Part shown: piece by piece, positions 41,740 to 55,323 of the stretch | How the letters are laid out: each line of letters starts with the position of its first letter | Numbering within the stretch: the stretch's first letter is position 1 | Assembly (NCBI GenBank): GCA_951406725.2 | Contig: OX597814.1 | Location: 19,220,001-19,284,000, forward strand | Direction: 5' to 3' | DNA: 64,000 nt | Source: Octopus vulgaris | Lineage: Eukaryota | Program-made: the position numbers and the translations under genes | The notes under the pieces: generated by a model | What the model saw: only the letters and a program-made list of their open reading frames with translations | The model's database searches: none | Told to the model about the DNA's origin: nothing

Positions 41740-42584
41740 TCAGGTCATACTATAAGTTCTGTCTTATATTAATTTGAAATTTAATTATCAATGTACATTC
41801 CTTGATTACCTATGACTTCCTTCCATCTATTTACAAGCTTTTTAATCCCAACAATGTAAAACTCTTTTGGTTTCAAAGCGAAGAACTCTGAAATGTCAGT
41901 TTCGACCTCCTCCTGGTTTGCGAAAGTTTTGTTCCTCAAATGGTTCTGTAAACTACGAAACAAATGATAGTCTGAAGGAGGAAGGTCAGGAGAATAAGGT
42001 GGATGAGGAATTTTTTCCAACCCAAACTCTTCGATCTTCTGTGATGTGATCTTTGCAGTGTGAGGTCGCGCATTGTCCTAATGAAACATCACTCCTTTTT
42101 CGATTTACTAAAGCGGGTCTTTTTTTCTTCAAGGCTTTGGTTCAAACGCTCTAATTGCTGACAGTAGACTTGAGCATTGATTGTTGCATTAGGTGGTAAC
42201 AATTCAAAGTGAATTACTCCTTTGCAATCCCACCAAATAGAGAGAACAACCCTCTTTTCCATGAAGTTCCCTTTTCGGTTGTGGTTGAGCCTTTTCCCTT
42301 TTACCAAGCCACTGTTTACGACGTTTAACATTTCGATAGAAGATCTATTTTTCGTCAGCAGTCATTATGTGTCTTAAATGCTCTTTGGATACTTCCATGT
42401 TAGAAAGGGTTTTGATCAAAGAAATTCTAATTCTATTATTCTGTAAAATAACATTTAATTAGTTTAAATGTACACAAATGTATAAAAATAATTTTTAATT
42501 CCATTAGACATTCTAAAATACCATTAAATTTCATTTAATTTTTAAAAAAAGGTAAAATCGTGCAGAACTTATGGGATGACCTGA
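41740..42584 (-). mobile_element. Internally deleted mariner (DD34D) with TIRs and TA TSD
   Basis: TIRs TCAGGTCAT(A/C)C(T/C)ATAAGTTCTG; IMTADEK*, LSIWWDCKGVIHFELL, FH*DNARPHTA, PHPPYSPDLPPSDYHLF; N-terminal half missing. Confidence 0.95.
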
Positions 42585-43509
42585 TAAAATTCGATAGAAT
42601 GGCTCTATAAAATATAAATGCAGAATGTAATACATTGATGTTGCATATAAGTAACATGTAGTGTTGAGGATTTTACAATAGCAAAAGATGGTATTTGAGT
42701 AAAAAGTGTTGGGATTCATCGAGCTAGATTTTATCATTGATATACATGTATTTATGATCGACAAAATAAGTCATGTGTTGTTTATTTAATCGGCTTTACT
42801 AATATCATATAGAAAGCTTCTCCATTGATCCTTTGATTCCTTGACCTGCAAGAAATAACAAGCAAATCACCTCCGATCCCATCCTATTGCTTTAAGAAAA
42901 ATAATTTCAATCTGGTCCGCTGAATCAGGGTTCACTTGGGACTATAAAACCCAGCGAATTATCCTCCATTATATTGATCGTAGCTATGACTTGTAATCGC
43001 AAAATAGTAACTTCTTTGAGTTACTCATCAAGAGTTAATTACACCAACTGTCACTTAAGAACAATGGAATGGGGCCTGTAAGGTTCAAATCTTTTCATAA
43101 CTTATTCTATGAATGTAGTGACACAGTCCCAACTAGATTTGCCAAGTGCAAAAATCTATGTTTTTTTGCTTTACATCCTATGTATCACTGATCTACATTC
43201 TTCATGACTCTCCCTAAGTGTTAAATTTATTCAAATATCCAATTCCTGTCAGCGAAATAGTATTCTATGAAGTATTGAATAAAATCCCAAATTTTAATAG
43301 ACTTATCTTAAGAAGTGCTATGATACATTTAACTCTTTGGTATTTAAACTGGTCACATCTGGCCTAGATATTGTTTTATGTTCAGCCGAGCCAGATCTGA
43401 TCCCTTTCACTTTCCCTACAATGTCATTTTAAAGATAAACAATCACATCATCGAAATCTTGAAGCTGTAAGGAAATGTATGACTAACTGAAGGCAATGTG
43501 AATAAATAT

Positions 43510-43650
43510 AGGTGTAGGAGTGGCTGTGTGGTAAGTAGCTTGCTTACCAACCACATGGTTCTGGGTTCAGTCACACTGCATGGTATCTTGGGCAAGTGTC
43601 TTCAACTATGAGTGGGTTTGGTAGGCAGAAACTGAAAGAAGCCCGTCATA

Positions 43651-43691
<41 letters not shown>

Positions 43692-43904
43692 GTGTGTGTG
43701 TGTGTGTGTGTTTGTCCTCCCAACAACCGATGCTGGTGTGTTTACGTCCCCGTAACTTAGCAGTTCAGCAAAATAGACCAATAGAATAAGTACTAGACTT
43801 ACAAAGAATATGTCAAGGGGTCGATTTGCTCGACTAAAGGTGGTGCTCCGGCATGGCCACAGTCAAATGACTGAAACAAGTAAAAGAGCAAAAGAGCAAA
43901 AAGA
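43510..43904 (+). mobile_element. SINE A, full length with small deletions
   Basis: Matches consensus. Confidence 0.9.
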
Positions 43905-44777
43905 ACAGTTTTGGAATGACATTTGTTGCATTTGTATGCTTTCGAATATTCAGAAGCTACTCTTGCTTTTATTCTGTTTTTACCGTAATACAGGTCCAAT
44001 TCATATCTAACGGTAGATTACTTTTTTTTTTTTTTACCAAATGTCATTATTTCATTAAACATCAGTATTAATATAATTGCTGGGAAATGTAGGGCAAATA
44101 AAACTCTGTGGTTTCCTCTTGAATCCAATTGTCTTAACTAATGCCGTTAACAACCCTTGAGAAAGATATGAATGGTACTCTAACCGGCCGCGTAAACGTG
44201 TGGTTATGTACATCAGTCGGAAATCAATATTGTCATTATTGAGGAGAAATCAAGCAACAGGTGTTAAGTTATGTTTCTGTCTAAGGCAATTTATGCTATT
44301 TGCCTAGGGTTTCATGAATAATTAATAAACGAATGCTGATGATAAATTATATATTAATATAGACGGAAATACTATAAATATTCTAAATATGCCGCGGCTT
44401 TCCTTTATGTAACGCAGCATATTCCCAAAACTAGTCTACATTATTCAAGCTACTTCAAGTTACATTTTATTGAATTGTGCTATCGCAGAAGACGTCTCAA
44501 TACTTTATAATTTCCAAAACGAAGTTGACTGCACTGAATGGTCTTTTGTGATCTATATTTAGACACAGGTAGAAATACTATTAAACGTATATTTCTTAAG
44601 AATGCTATATTCGAGAACTTTTTCCAATGTTTTATGTCAGGTATTGTCTTCAGACATCATAGAAGACGGAGATCAAGTTGTATGTTATGGAGGTTCTAGA
44701 ATTCAGAACCACAAAGGAAGAACTGTAAGAACCATAAAACAATTTTAATACATAATATTTTCATTTCATGAACGACT

Positions 44778-45164
44778 TTTTTTTTCTTAGAAGCACTCCG
44801 TCGGTTACGACGATGAGGGTTCCGGTTGATCCGAATCAACGGAACAGCCTGCTCGTGAAATTAACGTGTAAGTGGCTGAGCACTCCACAGACACGTGTAC
44901 CCTTAACGTAGTTCTCGGGGATATTCAGCGTGACACAGAGAGTGACAAGGCCGGCCCTTTTAAATACAGGTACAACAGAAACAGGAAGTAAGAGTGAGAG
45001 AAAGTTGTGGTGAAAGAATACAGCAGGGATCACCACCATCCCCTGCCGGAGCCTCGTGGAGCTTTAGGTGTTTTCGCTCAATAGACACTCACAACGCCCG
45101 GTCTGGGAATCGATCCTATGACCGCGAGTCCGCTGCCCTAACCACTGGGCCATTGCGCCTTCAC
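44778..45164 (-). mobile_element. SINE C, full length with TSD
   Basis: TSD TCATGAACGACT at 44766 and 45165. Confidence 0.93.
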
Positions 45165-45732
45165 TCATGAACGACTACGTAACTAGGGTCGTAATTTTTG
45201 TCGAGTTCATTCCATTTCCAGGGTTATATTTTTCGATTATTTTTTCGTTTTTTAGAATTTTTAGTTGAATGAGTCGAGCCCAGAATTTTTTTTTTTCTTT
45301 TACCTGTTCCAGTTATTAGACTGCTGTCGGCTTATACTGGGGCACCACCTTGTAGAATCTTTAGATGGCTATATGGAACCCAGAATTTTTTGAGATGATT
45401 ATCAAGCAGCGCATGAAGTTAAAACTAGAAGCTCTATCGACATGCTAGAAATAACAGCCAAAACTCTTAAAATTTTTTAATAACATACCTCGCTTATATG
45501 TTTTGGTCATTCTTGTTTTTGTTTTTGTTTTCCTAAAAATCTTTTTACTTGTTTCAGTCCCTGGATTGTGGCTTAACTTTAGGTGTTGATTGAAAATCAC
45601 TTAAAAATGTTTCTAGGGTCAATACATTCGACTAAAAATTCTTCAAGGTAGTGCCCCAGCATGACCGCGGTCTAATGACTGAAACAAGTAAAAAGTGAAA
45701 AAAACGAAAACACAATCGAAAAATATAACCGT

Positions 45733-45806
45733 GGGGCTTTTGTCCGCTTTAGCTCGGGGCTTTTGTCCGTGAAGCATTTTTCCTAGGGGGCTTTTGTCCT
45801 ACACTC
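45733..45806. repeat. Three 13-bp direct repeats GGGGCTTTTGTCC (probable DNA-transposon subterminal repeats)
   Basis: At 45733, 45756 and 45787; spacers 10 and 18 nt. Confidence 0.7.
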
Positions 45807-46394
45807 ATCCCCTGTTATGACATGTCAAGGAAATTTATTTAAACGTATCAACATATTTGATAATGTATTGGCTAAAATACAGAGGTCGTTGTAAAGAACT
45901 GTACCTCCGTTGATTGATTATTGCAGCAGTCACTTTTGAAATTAATTATTCACGCCAATGTCTTTTTCAGAAGATGCAAATTGATGACATTTTCGTTGTT
46001 ATACAGAAAATTATTGGCGAGAAATACACAATCATTAACACAAAAAGAATGTAATGAAATGGCCATCTAGATTTTACTCATTCCGTTGATGAAACAAATA
46101 AAGGAACCTGTACGCAGTTTCACAAACCATAAAATCCTTCTTAAATCATAAGGAAAAGTTGAATGATATTTTTCTAAATACACAATATCGGAAAAATAGC
46201 TTTAGTAATAGATTTGCTTAGTCTTTGTTGAACTGAAGTTTACAGGCAACAAAACAAAAGTAATGCCTGTTAATTGCTTTGTTATTTCTAGCAGTTAAAA
46301 TGTTGAGAGGGAAGTCAAACATCTTTATTCAGATTCTGTTTGAGAATTGCGATAAATTGAGTAAAACAGATCTTTAATTAAGAATATATTCGAA

Positions 46395-46788
46395 CTAGCA
46401 GTATCGCCCGGCGTTGCTCGGGTTTGTAAGGGAAATAACTATATAAGCATTTTTAGAGATGTAAAGTATAATAGCCATCTCAATATGGCTAACCACAAAG
46501 AGGGTGTTACTGTAGCTTTTTACGTTCTGAGATTTAATAATACATTTTTAGAGAGTTACTTCCCTTATATAATAGTAAAAAAATGCATTAAAAATGGGAA
46601 AAAAATTATGGTAATTTTTTTTAAAATCGTAGACTCATCGTAGACGCGCGCTAATACCCAGAAGGGCTCGATATGAATCACGACTATAAGATACCCGCTT
46701 TTGGTTAAACTGCACCGCAAAATGTGGGAGTAGTTAGGAATCTAAATCGTGGGAGACAGACACACAACTTCACTTTTATATATAAAGA
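46395..46788 (-). mobile_element. Non-autonomous Helitron (insert-bearing variant)
   Basis: TC...CTAG termini on minus strand; extra internal segment shared with 51056 copy. Confidence 0.9.
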
Positions 46789-47580
46789 TATTTCTAAAGG
46801 GTAATATTTTGGATATCACTTATCAAATAGTTCAGATGCTGTTTTATCTATATTATAACATTTGATCAAATCAAATCAAACATTTGACGATCGTTTCAGC
46901 ATTTTCATATTATAATGAAGACATTCGGAATCCAAACAGAACGAAGACCAACGCAGGTAACAATTATTTCGTAGGTCTGCGTTCGTAAGTTCAGTTACCA
47001 TGGGAAATGGAAGCTTTAGCGTTTCGGAGTGTTATTTTTTTTTGTGTTTGAGAAGGCAAGCGACAGACAAAAAGAAATGGTTAAATCATCTTACACATAG
47101 ACGAGAAAGAGTCGGAAACTTAGCTGCTTCATTCACCTTTCTCAAAACAATTTAACTTAGCGACTTTGTCGATGAACTCTTCAATTATACATAACGAAGA
47201 ATTTAGGTAAGTCCACGTGAAACCAGAGATATTCATGAAAATTTGCTTTAGTGAAGAAGCAACAGTACTCATTTTTTTGAATTTCAAACTGTATGCATAT
47301 TGTGTAATAGGTATTGTTTTTATTAATTAGTTACATTTGCAACATTAATATGATTTTGTCTATTATTGATTAAAAAAGAATGCGAATACACCGTAAGCAA
47401 ATTCACCTTCCCTCAAAAACCAATCACAACAATAACACACACGGATTATGGAGATGATACACCGCTCCCATAGTAGACATCATCTCAGAAATTGCTGAAA
47501 AGTGGTAGAATACAGAATGGATAAATACATAAGAGCAATTAAACAAATATCTCTAAAATCTGCAGAATCTTTCGGATACA

Positions 47581-47975
47581 TCTTTATATATAAAAGAGAA
47601 GTTGTGTGTCTGTCTCCTACGATTTAGATTCCTAACTACTCCCACATTTTGCGGTGCAGTTTAACCAAAAGCGGGTATCTTATAGTCGTGATTCATATCG
47701 AGCCCTTCTGGGTATTAGCGCGCGTCTACGATGAGTCTACGATTAAACAAAAAAATTACCATCATTTTTTTCCATTTTAATGCATTTTTCGCTATTATAT
47801 AAGGGAAGTAACTCTCTAAAAATGTCTACGATGAGTCAACGATTTAAAAAAAAATTTACCATCATTTGTTTTCCATTTTTAATGCATTTTTTGCTACTTT
47901 TTGGCTATAACTCTCTAAAATGCTTATATAGTTATTTCCCTTACAAACCCGAGCAACGCCGGGTGATACTGCTGG
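47581..47975 (+). mobile_element. Non-autonomous Helitron (internal-duplication variant)
   Basis: A|TC...CTGG|T; structure same as 7612 copy. Confidence 0.9.
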
Positions 47976-48249
47976 TAAGAAATAAGAAAAAAGTCTGTAG
48001 AAGTTCGTTTTGCAAAAACTTGAGCTGTTTTTGATGGCTTCAATGTCATGGTTAGTCATCGTTACCTATGAACTTAAAAGAAGCTTCTAATGTACTATTT
48101 TGGAATCATTGCTTCGTTTTAGGTTTGTTGTTTAGACATTCACCAAATTTCTAAGAGGAAGGCTTGGTGGAGTTAAAACTTGTATGTTACGAGTCATTCT
48201 GGATACCTTGTGAGGAAAAGCATCCAAAGAAACAGAGGCTGTATAGCTA

Positions 48250-48525
48250 TATTTTTGCCACCACTAAATATCATTAAAGAGAGTTATGAGTACATTGCTG
48301 ACGAACTCAGCACGAACACATTATTGATACATTCCTATAAGCACCCAAAAATGAATACACATGAGTTGGCCCTTCAGTAAAAATTTTTACCAGTTCTGTA
48401 CAGAGATGGAGTGTTGTCCCGCTAAACTTCCGAACGATATCTGTGATAGAGACGGAAAGTGTGATCGGTGAACAAAGATGTTCAAATTCAACCGGATTGT
48501 TCAAATTAGACCATATGATGAAGAT
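48250..48525 (+). pseudogene. Highly decayed RTE-type LINE 3' end
   Basis: LPPLNII...DEL...CTEMECCPAKLPNDICDRDG resembles the C-terminus of the 53941 element. Confidence 0.45.
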
Positions 48526-49340
48526 GCCAATTGTTGCTATATTTTCATCCTTAGGTGTATATTTCATTATTATTCATTTTATTTTTCGTTATTTATTTAT
48601 TTATTTATTGCTCATTCAATTAACATGCAGACGTAGAAGCATATACAGAAAAAGATTTTGTATTGGGTTTATTCCCAATATACAAATTACGCAAACACAA
48701 AAGATTTAAGTGGTAAAAAGAATTACAATGTTTTTAGACCAGTTACAAGTGTATATCTAAGCTTGGTGTATAAACGTTTGAAAAGAACCACAAATTGATT
48801 CTTGAAAGATACTCAACGCCATTTTTATATAGTTCTAAATATAGTCTATTGTCCATTGTTATATTATGTTTAAAAAACACAGCAACAAAGATATTAGCGT
48901 ACTACTATTTTGTCATATTAGATGTCCAAACTCCCTCTTTATCCCTCCCTTTTCCTCTTTCCTCTCTCTCGATTTCACCTTTTTCTCTCCCTTCTCCGTC
49001 TCTTTCACTCGTATATATATATATATACACACACGTTATGTGTGTGTGTATGTATGTGTGTGTGTGTAGTAGGCGTGTGCTTTGTGTATTGATGTATGCA
49101 AATGTACGTTCAAGCAGTATACTCATATAAAGCACCTACACGCTAGTACTACACATACATATAAATATTCACGCATACACACACATATACATACATGTAA
49201 GTGTGTAAATATGTGCAAATAAAGTACTATGTGTATACTAAAGTAAACGCATATATACAAACACAAACATATATACACGCCTGTATGCACTTGAATATAC
49301 ATCTGCATACATAACCACACACAAAATGTATATGCATACA

Positions 49341-49502
<162 letters not shown>

Positions 49503-50464
49503 TTAAATGCTCTTTATAATAGATTCAAGGTAGACTGCATTCGGTGCGAATATAAGTATTAAAGCATGAAAGACATTGGATGTTTATGGCAGTGAGAATA
49601 TGTGTAGTGAATCATAACTTTGATTTTACAATTTCCTTGAAATAAGAAGGCGGTGATGTGGCTGTAAGCAAAGGCGGAATACCGAAGGAACACTAATGTC
49701 GGCGAAGTTAAATGTGTAGGTGTTGTATAGAGGAGGATGGGTAGGTGGAGTGACAAGTGGACAGTAATATAGTGAAAAAGATTTGTGGATAGTTCGAACA
49801 TTGAACAAGATAATGACCCTCCAGGATAATGGCGGCCTTGGCTCGTAAACGACACACGTTTACGACTAGAGACTGTCGAGAAAGCGATTCGACCTGGACT
49901 TTGCTGCAGTCGCTTTAAATGGACGCTGATGGCTCTTTGTCATATCCAATAATATGAACGTACATATCAGAGATACATATATTCATGTACATGTGTACAT
50001 ACATATACACACAAACACGGATTCACATATGTAAACATACGCATAAATACATGCATATTTGTGTGTGTTTCATGCGTGAGTGTGAGAGAGTTTATGTGTA
50101 TATAAATATACATATATATATTTACATATACATACACACGTATGAGTTATATGTATATACGAATATATATACACTGTGATATGAAGATAAACACATGCAG
50201 CGTTTTGTGCCTGTGTGTATGTATGTGTACGTGTACGTGTGTGTGTGTGTACACACAAACATTCATTTCTGTATTCTTATACGCATACAAAAGTTAATAC
50301 AAGTATGTAAGTATATATTGTAGATTGTTGCATCTACAATAGCTTTATCTACGCATATGTGTGTGCGTGTGGGTATATGTGTGTATACGTGTGTGTTTGT
50401 TTTCTACGTATGTGTATGCGTTTGTTTGAATGTATGACACTGTGTGTACGTAAACTCGTAAGTG

Positions 50465-50574
<110 letters not shown>

Positions 50575-51055
50575 AGTGTGTGCAATATGCTGAGAATTAC
50601 TCTGTTTATATTCGGATTTTACGCTTCTCTCCTTTCCTGCTTGGCTCCTTTAAGAATGTAATAGAACAGTAAAACTTGTACTTATTTGAGCTGATGGCAA
50701 AATCGATAGAACATCAGAGAAAATAGTTTCCTGTGTTAAGTTACGTCACTTCACATTCTGAGTTCAATCCTGGACAATCTTTGCTCCTCAGAAAACAAGT
50801 ACCATTCTATATAACAAGTATTAAGCTCGATGAATTCGACTATACAAGGCGATATTCGAGCATTGCCATAGTCCAATAACCAGATCGTATTTCAATTTTA
50901 CTTGTGCGGCCATGCTGGGGCCATCGGCTTGAAGGCTATAGACAAACTAACGGCAGTATTTATTCTTAAGTACAGACGCACACGTGTTTGCGCTTATGCT
51001 GTAAGTAACTGTTAAGTAAAATTATGGATGTGAAAAATCCCCGTTCTCCTTATCA

Positions 51056-51447
51056 TCTTTATATATAAAAGTGAAGTTGTGTGTCTGTCTCCTACGATTT
51101 AGATTCCTAACTACTCCCACATTTTGCGGTGCAGTGTAACCAAAAGTGGGTATCTTATAGTCGTGATTCATATCGAGCCCTTCTGGGTATTAGTGCGCAT
51201 CTATGATGAGTCTACGATTTAAAAAAAAATTACCATCATTTTTTCCCATTTTTAATGCATTTTTTGCTATTATATAAGGGAAGTAACTCACTAAAAATGT
51301 ATTATTAAATCTCAGAAGGTAAAAAGCTACAGTAACACCCCCTTTGTGGTTAGCCATATTGAGATGGCTATTATACTTTACATCTCTAAAAATGCTTATA
51401 TACTTATTTCCCTTACAAACCCGAGCAACGCCGGGCGATACTGTTAG
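51056..51447 (+). mobile_element. Non-autonomous Helitron (insert-bearing variant)
   Basis: A|TC... hairpin ...TTAG|T. Confidence 0.9.
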
Positions 51448-51464
51448 TTATTAATAATATATAA

Positions 51465-51618
51465 AGGCAGTGAGCTGATACCATCGTTAGCACGCAGAGC
51501 GAAATGCTTAGCAGTATTTCGTCTGCCGCTACGTTCTGAGTTCAAATTCCGCCGAGGTCGATCTAATCGACTGGCCCCCTCCCTAAAAATTTCAGACCTT
51601 GTGCCTACAGAAGAAATG

Positions 51619-51620
<2 letters not shown>
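51465..51620 (+). mobile_element. SINE B-related copy with internal deletion
   Basis: Head through CCGAGGTCGA, then jumps to TCTAATCGACT. Confidence 0.8.
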
Positions 51621-51672
<52 letters not shown>

Positions 51673-51700
51673 AATTTTTCGTATAATAAGATAAAAAACC

Positions 51701-51927
51701 AAGGTTGTATAGATATTAGAGCATAGAAGATCTAACAGCTGTTTCTAAAATATTAATTAATAGTAGGCCTTCATCGGAGACGGTGTGAGAGGAAAGTTAA
51801 GTCATAGTAAGTTTGGATGACTTAACTTTCCTCTCTAACTACCTCCGATGAAGGGATACTATTAATTAATATCCTAGAAAAAAACTTTAAGATCTATCTA
51901 TAAATGCTCTAATATCTATGCAGCCTT
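51701..51927. mobile_element. Inverted pair of pLTR-like fragments, each with a decayed CCGAUGA hammerhead
   Basis: Arms 51701-51805 and 51817-51927; same family as 22885-23055; flanked by (TA)n. Confidence 0.75.
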
Positions 51928-51971
51928 CTATATTGAGAATCACTGGATCGCATTTGTTGATTCTCTCTCTG

Positions 51972-52005
<34 letters not shown>

Positions 52006-52114
52006 AACATACATATATATATATATATATACATACATACATACATATATATGTATGTATGTATGTATTATGTATACACTGAGAGAGAATGAGAGAGAGA
52101 GAAAAAAAAGAATA

Positions 52115-52177
<63 letters not shown>

Positions 52178-52794
52178 GTGTGCGCGGGAGAGAGGGAGGA
52201 GGGGAAGAGAGAGGGAGAATGCAAAGATGATGGTTATAAATACCAACAATATGGCTGACGGGAAACACATCAGGGCAATTTTTGCGTATAAATATATTCT
52301 TGCATTTGTAATGAAATAAACTATAATGCTACAACTAACTGATATTATCCGTGCAATTAAGTGAGAAATTTCCAAACAGCATTTTCTGAGTTTTTCCGAA
52401 ATCGTTATATGATGTCATTTGAGTTATTTCCCTTACTTATTAGTTATTGGTAATTATTGCTTGTAAGCATTTAAAAAGAGAATGGTTCTTTCAAACTTCG
52501 GAAGTTCAAGGGTTTGTAAGGGACCTTAATGGGTTTTTATTGCTTATCCTTTACTTGTTTCAGTTATTGGACAGCGGTAATTCTGGGGCACCCACCGCCT
52601 TGAAATGTTTCATTTCAATGAATCGACTTAAGTATATATATTTAGAAACCCGATTGTTATTTTGTCGGTTACTTATGACGAACCGCTAAGTTACGGGACG
52701 TAAACAAAATATCTACGATTGTCAAGTGAGTGGGGAGACATAAACACAAACACACACTTACACATACATATGTAAATATATATACGTATACATG

Positions 52795-52859
<65 letters not shown>

Positions 52860-52954
52860 GTCTGTCTATTTATCTATCTATCTGTAACCACGTGAATCGT
52901 TGTCGATTTTTTCCCCTCCGTCTTCATTTTCTCTTGGACTTACCTCTGTCTCCT

Positions 52955-52989
52955 GTTTCTGAAGAAGAGCTTTGCTCGAAACTTAAAAC
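52955..52989 (+). ncRNA. Minimal hammerhead motif (canonical CUGAAGA core) in pLTR-like fragment (about 52885-53095)
   Basis: GTTT-CTGAAGA-A-GAGC-TTT-GCTC-GAAA-CT-TA^AAAC. Confidence 0.78.
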
Positions 52990-53092
52990 CACCTTTCTTT
53001 CCTTCCCTGAGCGTCTGCTAATACTTTGCATGTATCATGTCTTCGCGTTGTTGTTTTTTTTCTTGCGTTTGTTCTTCGTATTCTTGGATTTG

Positions 53093-53147
<55 letters not shown>

Positions 53148-53366
53148 CATATTGAATACTTCCGAAAATTGTTTCAAAAGGATATATAATCCTTGCGGTT
53201 ACCGTATTTCCTCCTAAATCGGTTTTAAACGCCGGCTAACCATAGTGAATGTTGGTGATACCCGAGTTCGTAATAAGTTACTTGACACCCGTAATTATTC
53301 ACGCTCGGTAAATCTGAGTGTCCTTTTCAGCACTGCATAGTTTCCGTAGAGTAATAGTATTAATAA

Positions 53367-53750
53367 CTAGCAGTATCGCCCGGCGTTGCTCGGGTTTGTA
53401 AGGGAAATAACTATAAAGCATTTTTAGAGAGTTATAGCCAAAAAATAGCAAAACAATGGGAAAAAAATGATGGTAAATTTGTTTTTGAGAGTTAAAAAGG
53501 TGGAGTTGCGTCCCCATGTCAGTCTGTGGTTTGTGTTTCTGATTCTCGACCCCATGTCGAATTTATCGATTTTTTCAGAACTGGGGGAACTTTTCAAAAT
53601 TTTCGCTGCGTTAGTTTTGAATTATGACATTGGGCTATGTGTGTGTTAAGTTTCATCAGAATCGGTTGAAAGCCGTTGTCAGGGTGAGGGTACAACCTAA
53701 CAGACACACAGACACACACACAGACAAACTGCCGTTTATATAGAGAGAGA
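53367..53750 (-). mobile_element. Non-autonomous Helitron with different 5' body but shared 3' end
   Basis: Minus strand A|TCTCTCTCTATATAAACGGCAG ... CCCGAGCAACGCCGGGCGATACTGCTAG|T. Confidence 0.88.
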
Positions 53751-53928
53751 TACTGAGGAGAACGGAGATTTTCCACACTTGTAATTTTATTAAACAGTTA
53801 TTTATAGCGTTCTTTCGCGGACATATGCCCGCTTCAACCTCATCAACTGCACACTATGGTGCGTAATTTGGTATTATTGTCGATGCAGTTTCTTATTATT
53901 TGCTGCTATTCGAAAACAATCACTGGTC

Positions 53929-54445
53929 TCATCATCATCATCATTGTTCGACCGTGGTCGAGACAATGGAATTTACCATGCTACGCCAGACTTCACGGTA
54001 CATCATGGCATTACGGAGGTCCTGTTGCTGGATGCCTGTATCCCTGGAGATTACATCAGGGTAGGAGAGTGTGCGCCCTCTGGTATTGCAAGATGGCTTC
54101 CAGAGGAGAAGAGTAGAAATTACTTCTTTTTCAGCTCTACAACAATGTCCAGCAAACTGGACTCTCCTACCTTTCACAAGAGGTGACACAGGTGGTAGTT
54201 TCCCATATATTTGCATTTTGGTTGGATGGCGCCTCCACGAGAGATTTTGAGCTCTCATAAGGAGGCGAGTGTAGGTTCCATCCAACCGCCTCTCAAGCTT
54301 CTTTGATAACGTCCAGGTTTCTGAACCATATAATAGAATTGGTTCGACTGTGGCTTTGAATATTTCAAGTCTGAAGTCTCTACTTAGATTTGATGACCAG
54401 ATCTTATGCATGTCATTACAGGCTGACCAGGCCATACCCTTTCTA
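53929..54445 (-). mobile_element. RTE-clade LINE 3' end, 5'-truncated, ORF remnant open to stop
   Basis: IFKATVEPILLYGSETWTL...RRVQFAGHCCR...REVWRSMV; stop followed by (TGA)n tail. Confidence 0.92.
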
Positions 54446-54759
54446 GTTTCAACTTACAGGGGCTTTGGTCTATCTGGGGCTATAGCAAGAGACACTTGCT
54501 CAAGGTACCACGTAGTGTTCGTGAATCCAGAACTATGTGGTTGAGAATCAAACTACTTACCACTTAGCCACTCCTTCGCTTGTTGATGATGAATTGATAA
54601 AAATAACTAAACTCGTATCAGTTGATTCCTACCTTTCAGCTACAAAAAATATTCTCCGATTGGAACATCGATTATATCTCACGACGCGACCAAGTATATA
54701 TTTATTCAACATGTATATTATCTCCAACTGTGTCTATTATGGAACGGTATGCTGAAGAC

Positions 54760-55174
54760 GGCGGCGAGCTGGCAGAAACGTTAGCACGCCGGGCAAAATG
54801 CATAGCCGTATTTCGTCTGCCGTTACGTTCTGAGTTCAAATTCCGCCGAGGTCGACTTTGCCTTTCATCCTTTCGGAGTCGCTAAATTAAGTACCAGTTA
54901 TGTACTGGGGTCAATGTAATCGACTTAATCCGTTTGTCTGTCCTTGTTTGTCCCCTCTGTGTTTAGCCCCTTGTGGGTAGTAAAGAAATAGGTATTTCTT
55001 CTGCCGTTACGGTCTGAGTTCAAATTCCGCCGAGGTCGACTTTGCCTTTCATCCTTTCGGGGTCGATAAATTAAGTACCAGTTATGTACTGGGGTCAATG
55101 TAATCGACTTAATCCGTTTGTCTGTCCTTGTTTGTCCCCTCTGTGTTTAGCCCCTCGTGGGTAGTAAAGAAATA
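54760..55174 (+). mobile_element. SINE B dimer inside one TSD
   Basis: Second unit starts at GGTATTTC 54991 (184-bp period); TSD GGTATGCTGAAG at 54746 and 55175. Confidence 0.92.
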
Positions 55175-55281
55175 GGTATGCTGAAGTCTTTTTAATATGA
55201 ACCGCCAGCCATTACTCTTCGATCAAAAACAAGAAAAATTGTTCTTCGTCACTCCGATAGTTGATGAAGAGGTCTGGTAAG

Positions 55282-55323
55282 CGGCCCTGATGAATATTAA
55301 TATACACGAAACACTTGTCACCG
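55282..55323 (+). ncRNA. Degenerate hammerhead motif
   Basis: CGGCC-CTGATGA-ATATTAATATACAC-GAAA-CACTTG-TC^ACCG; stems I and II damaged. Confidence 0.45.

Noticed and set aside
45733-45806. CRISPR-like repeat-spacer pattern
   Set aside because: Only three 13-bp repeats with 10- and 18-nt spacers, eukaryotic context, no cas genes.
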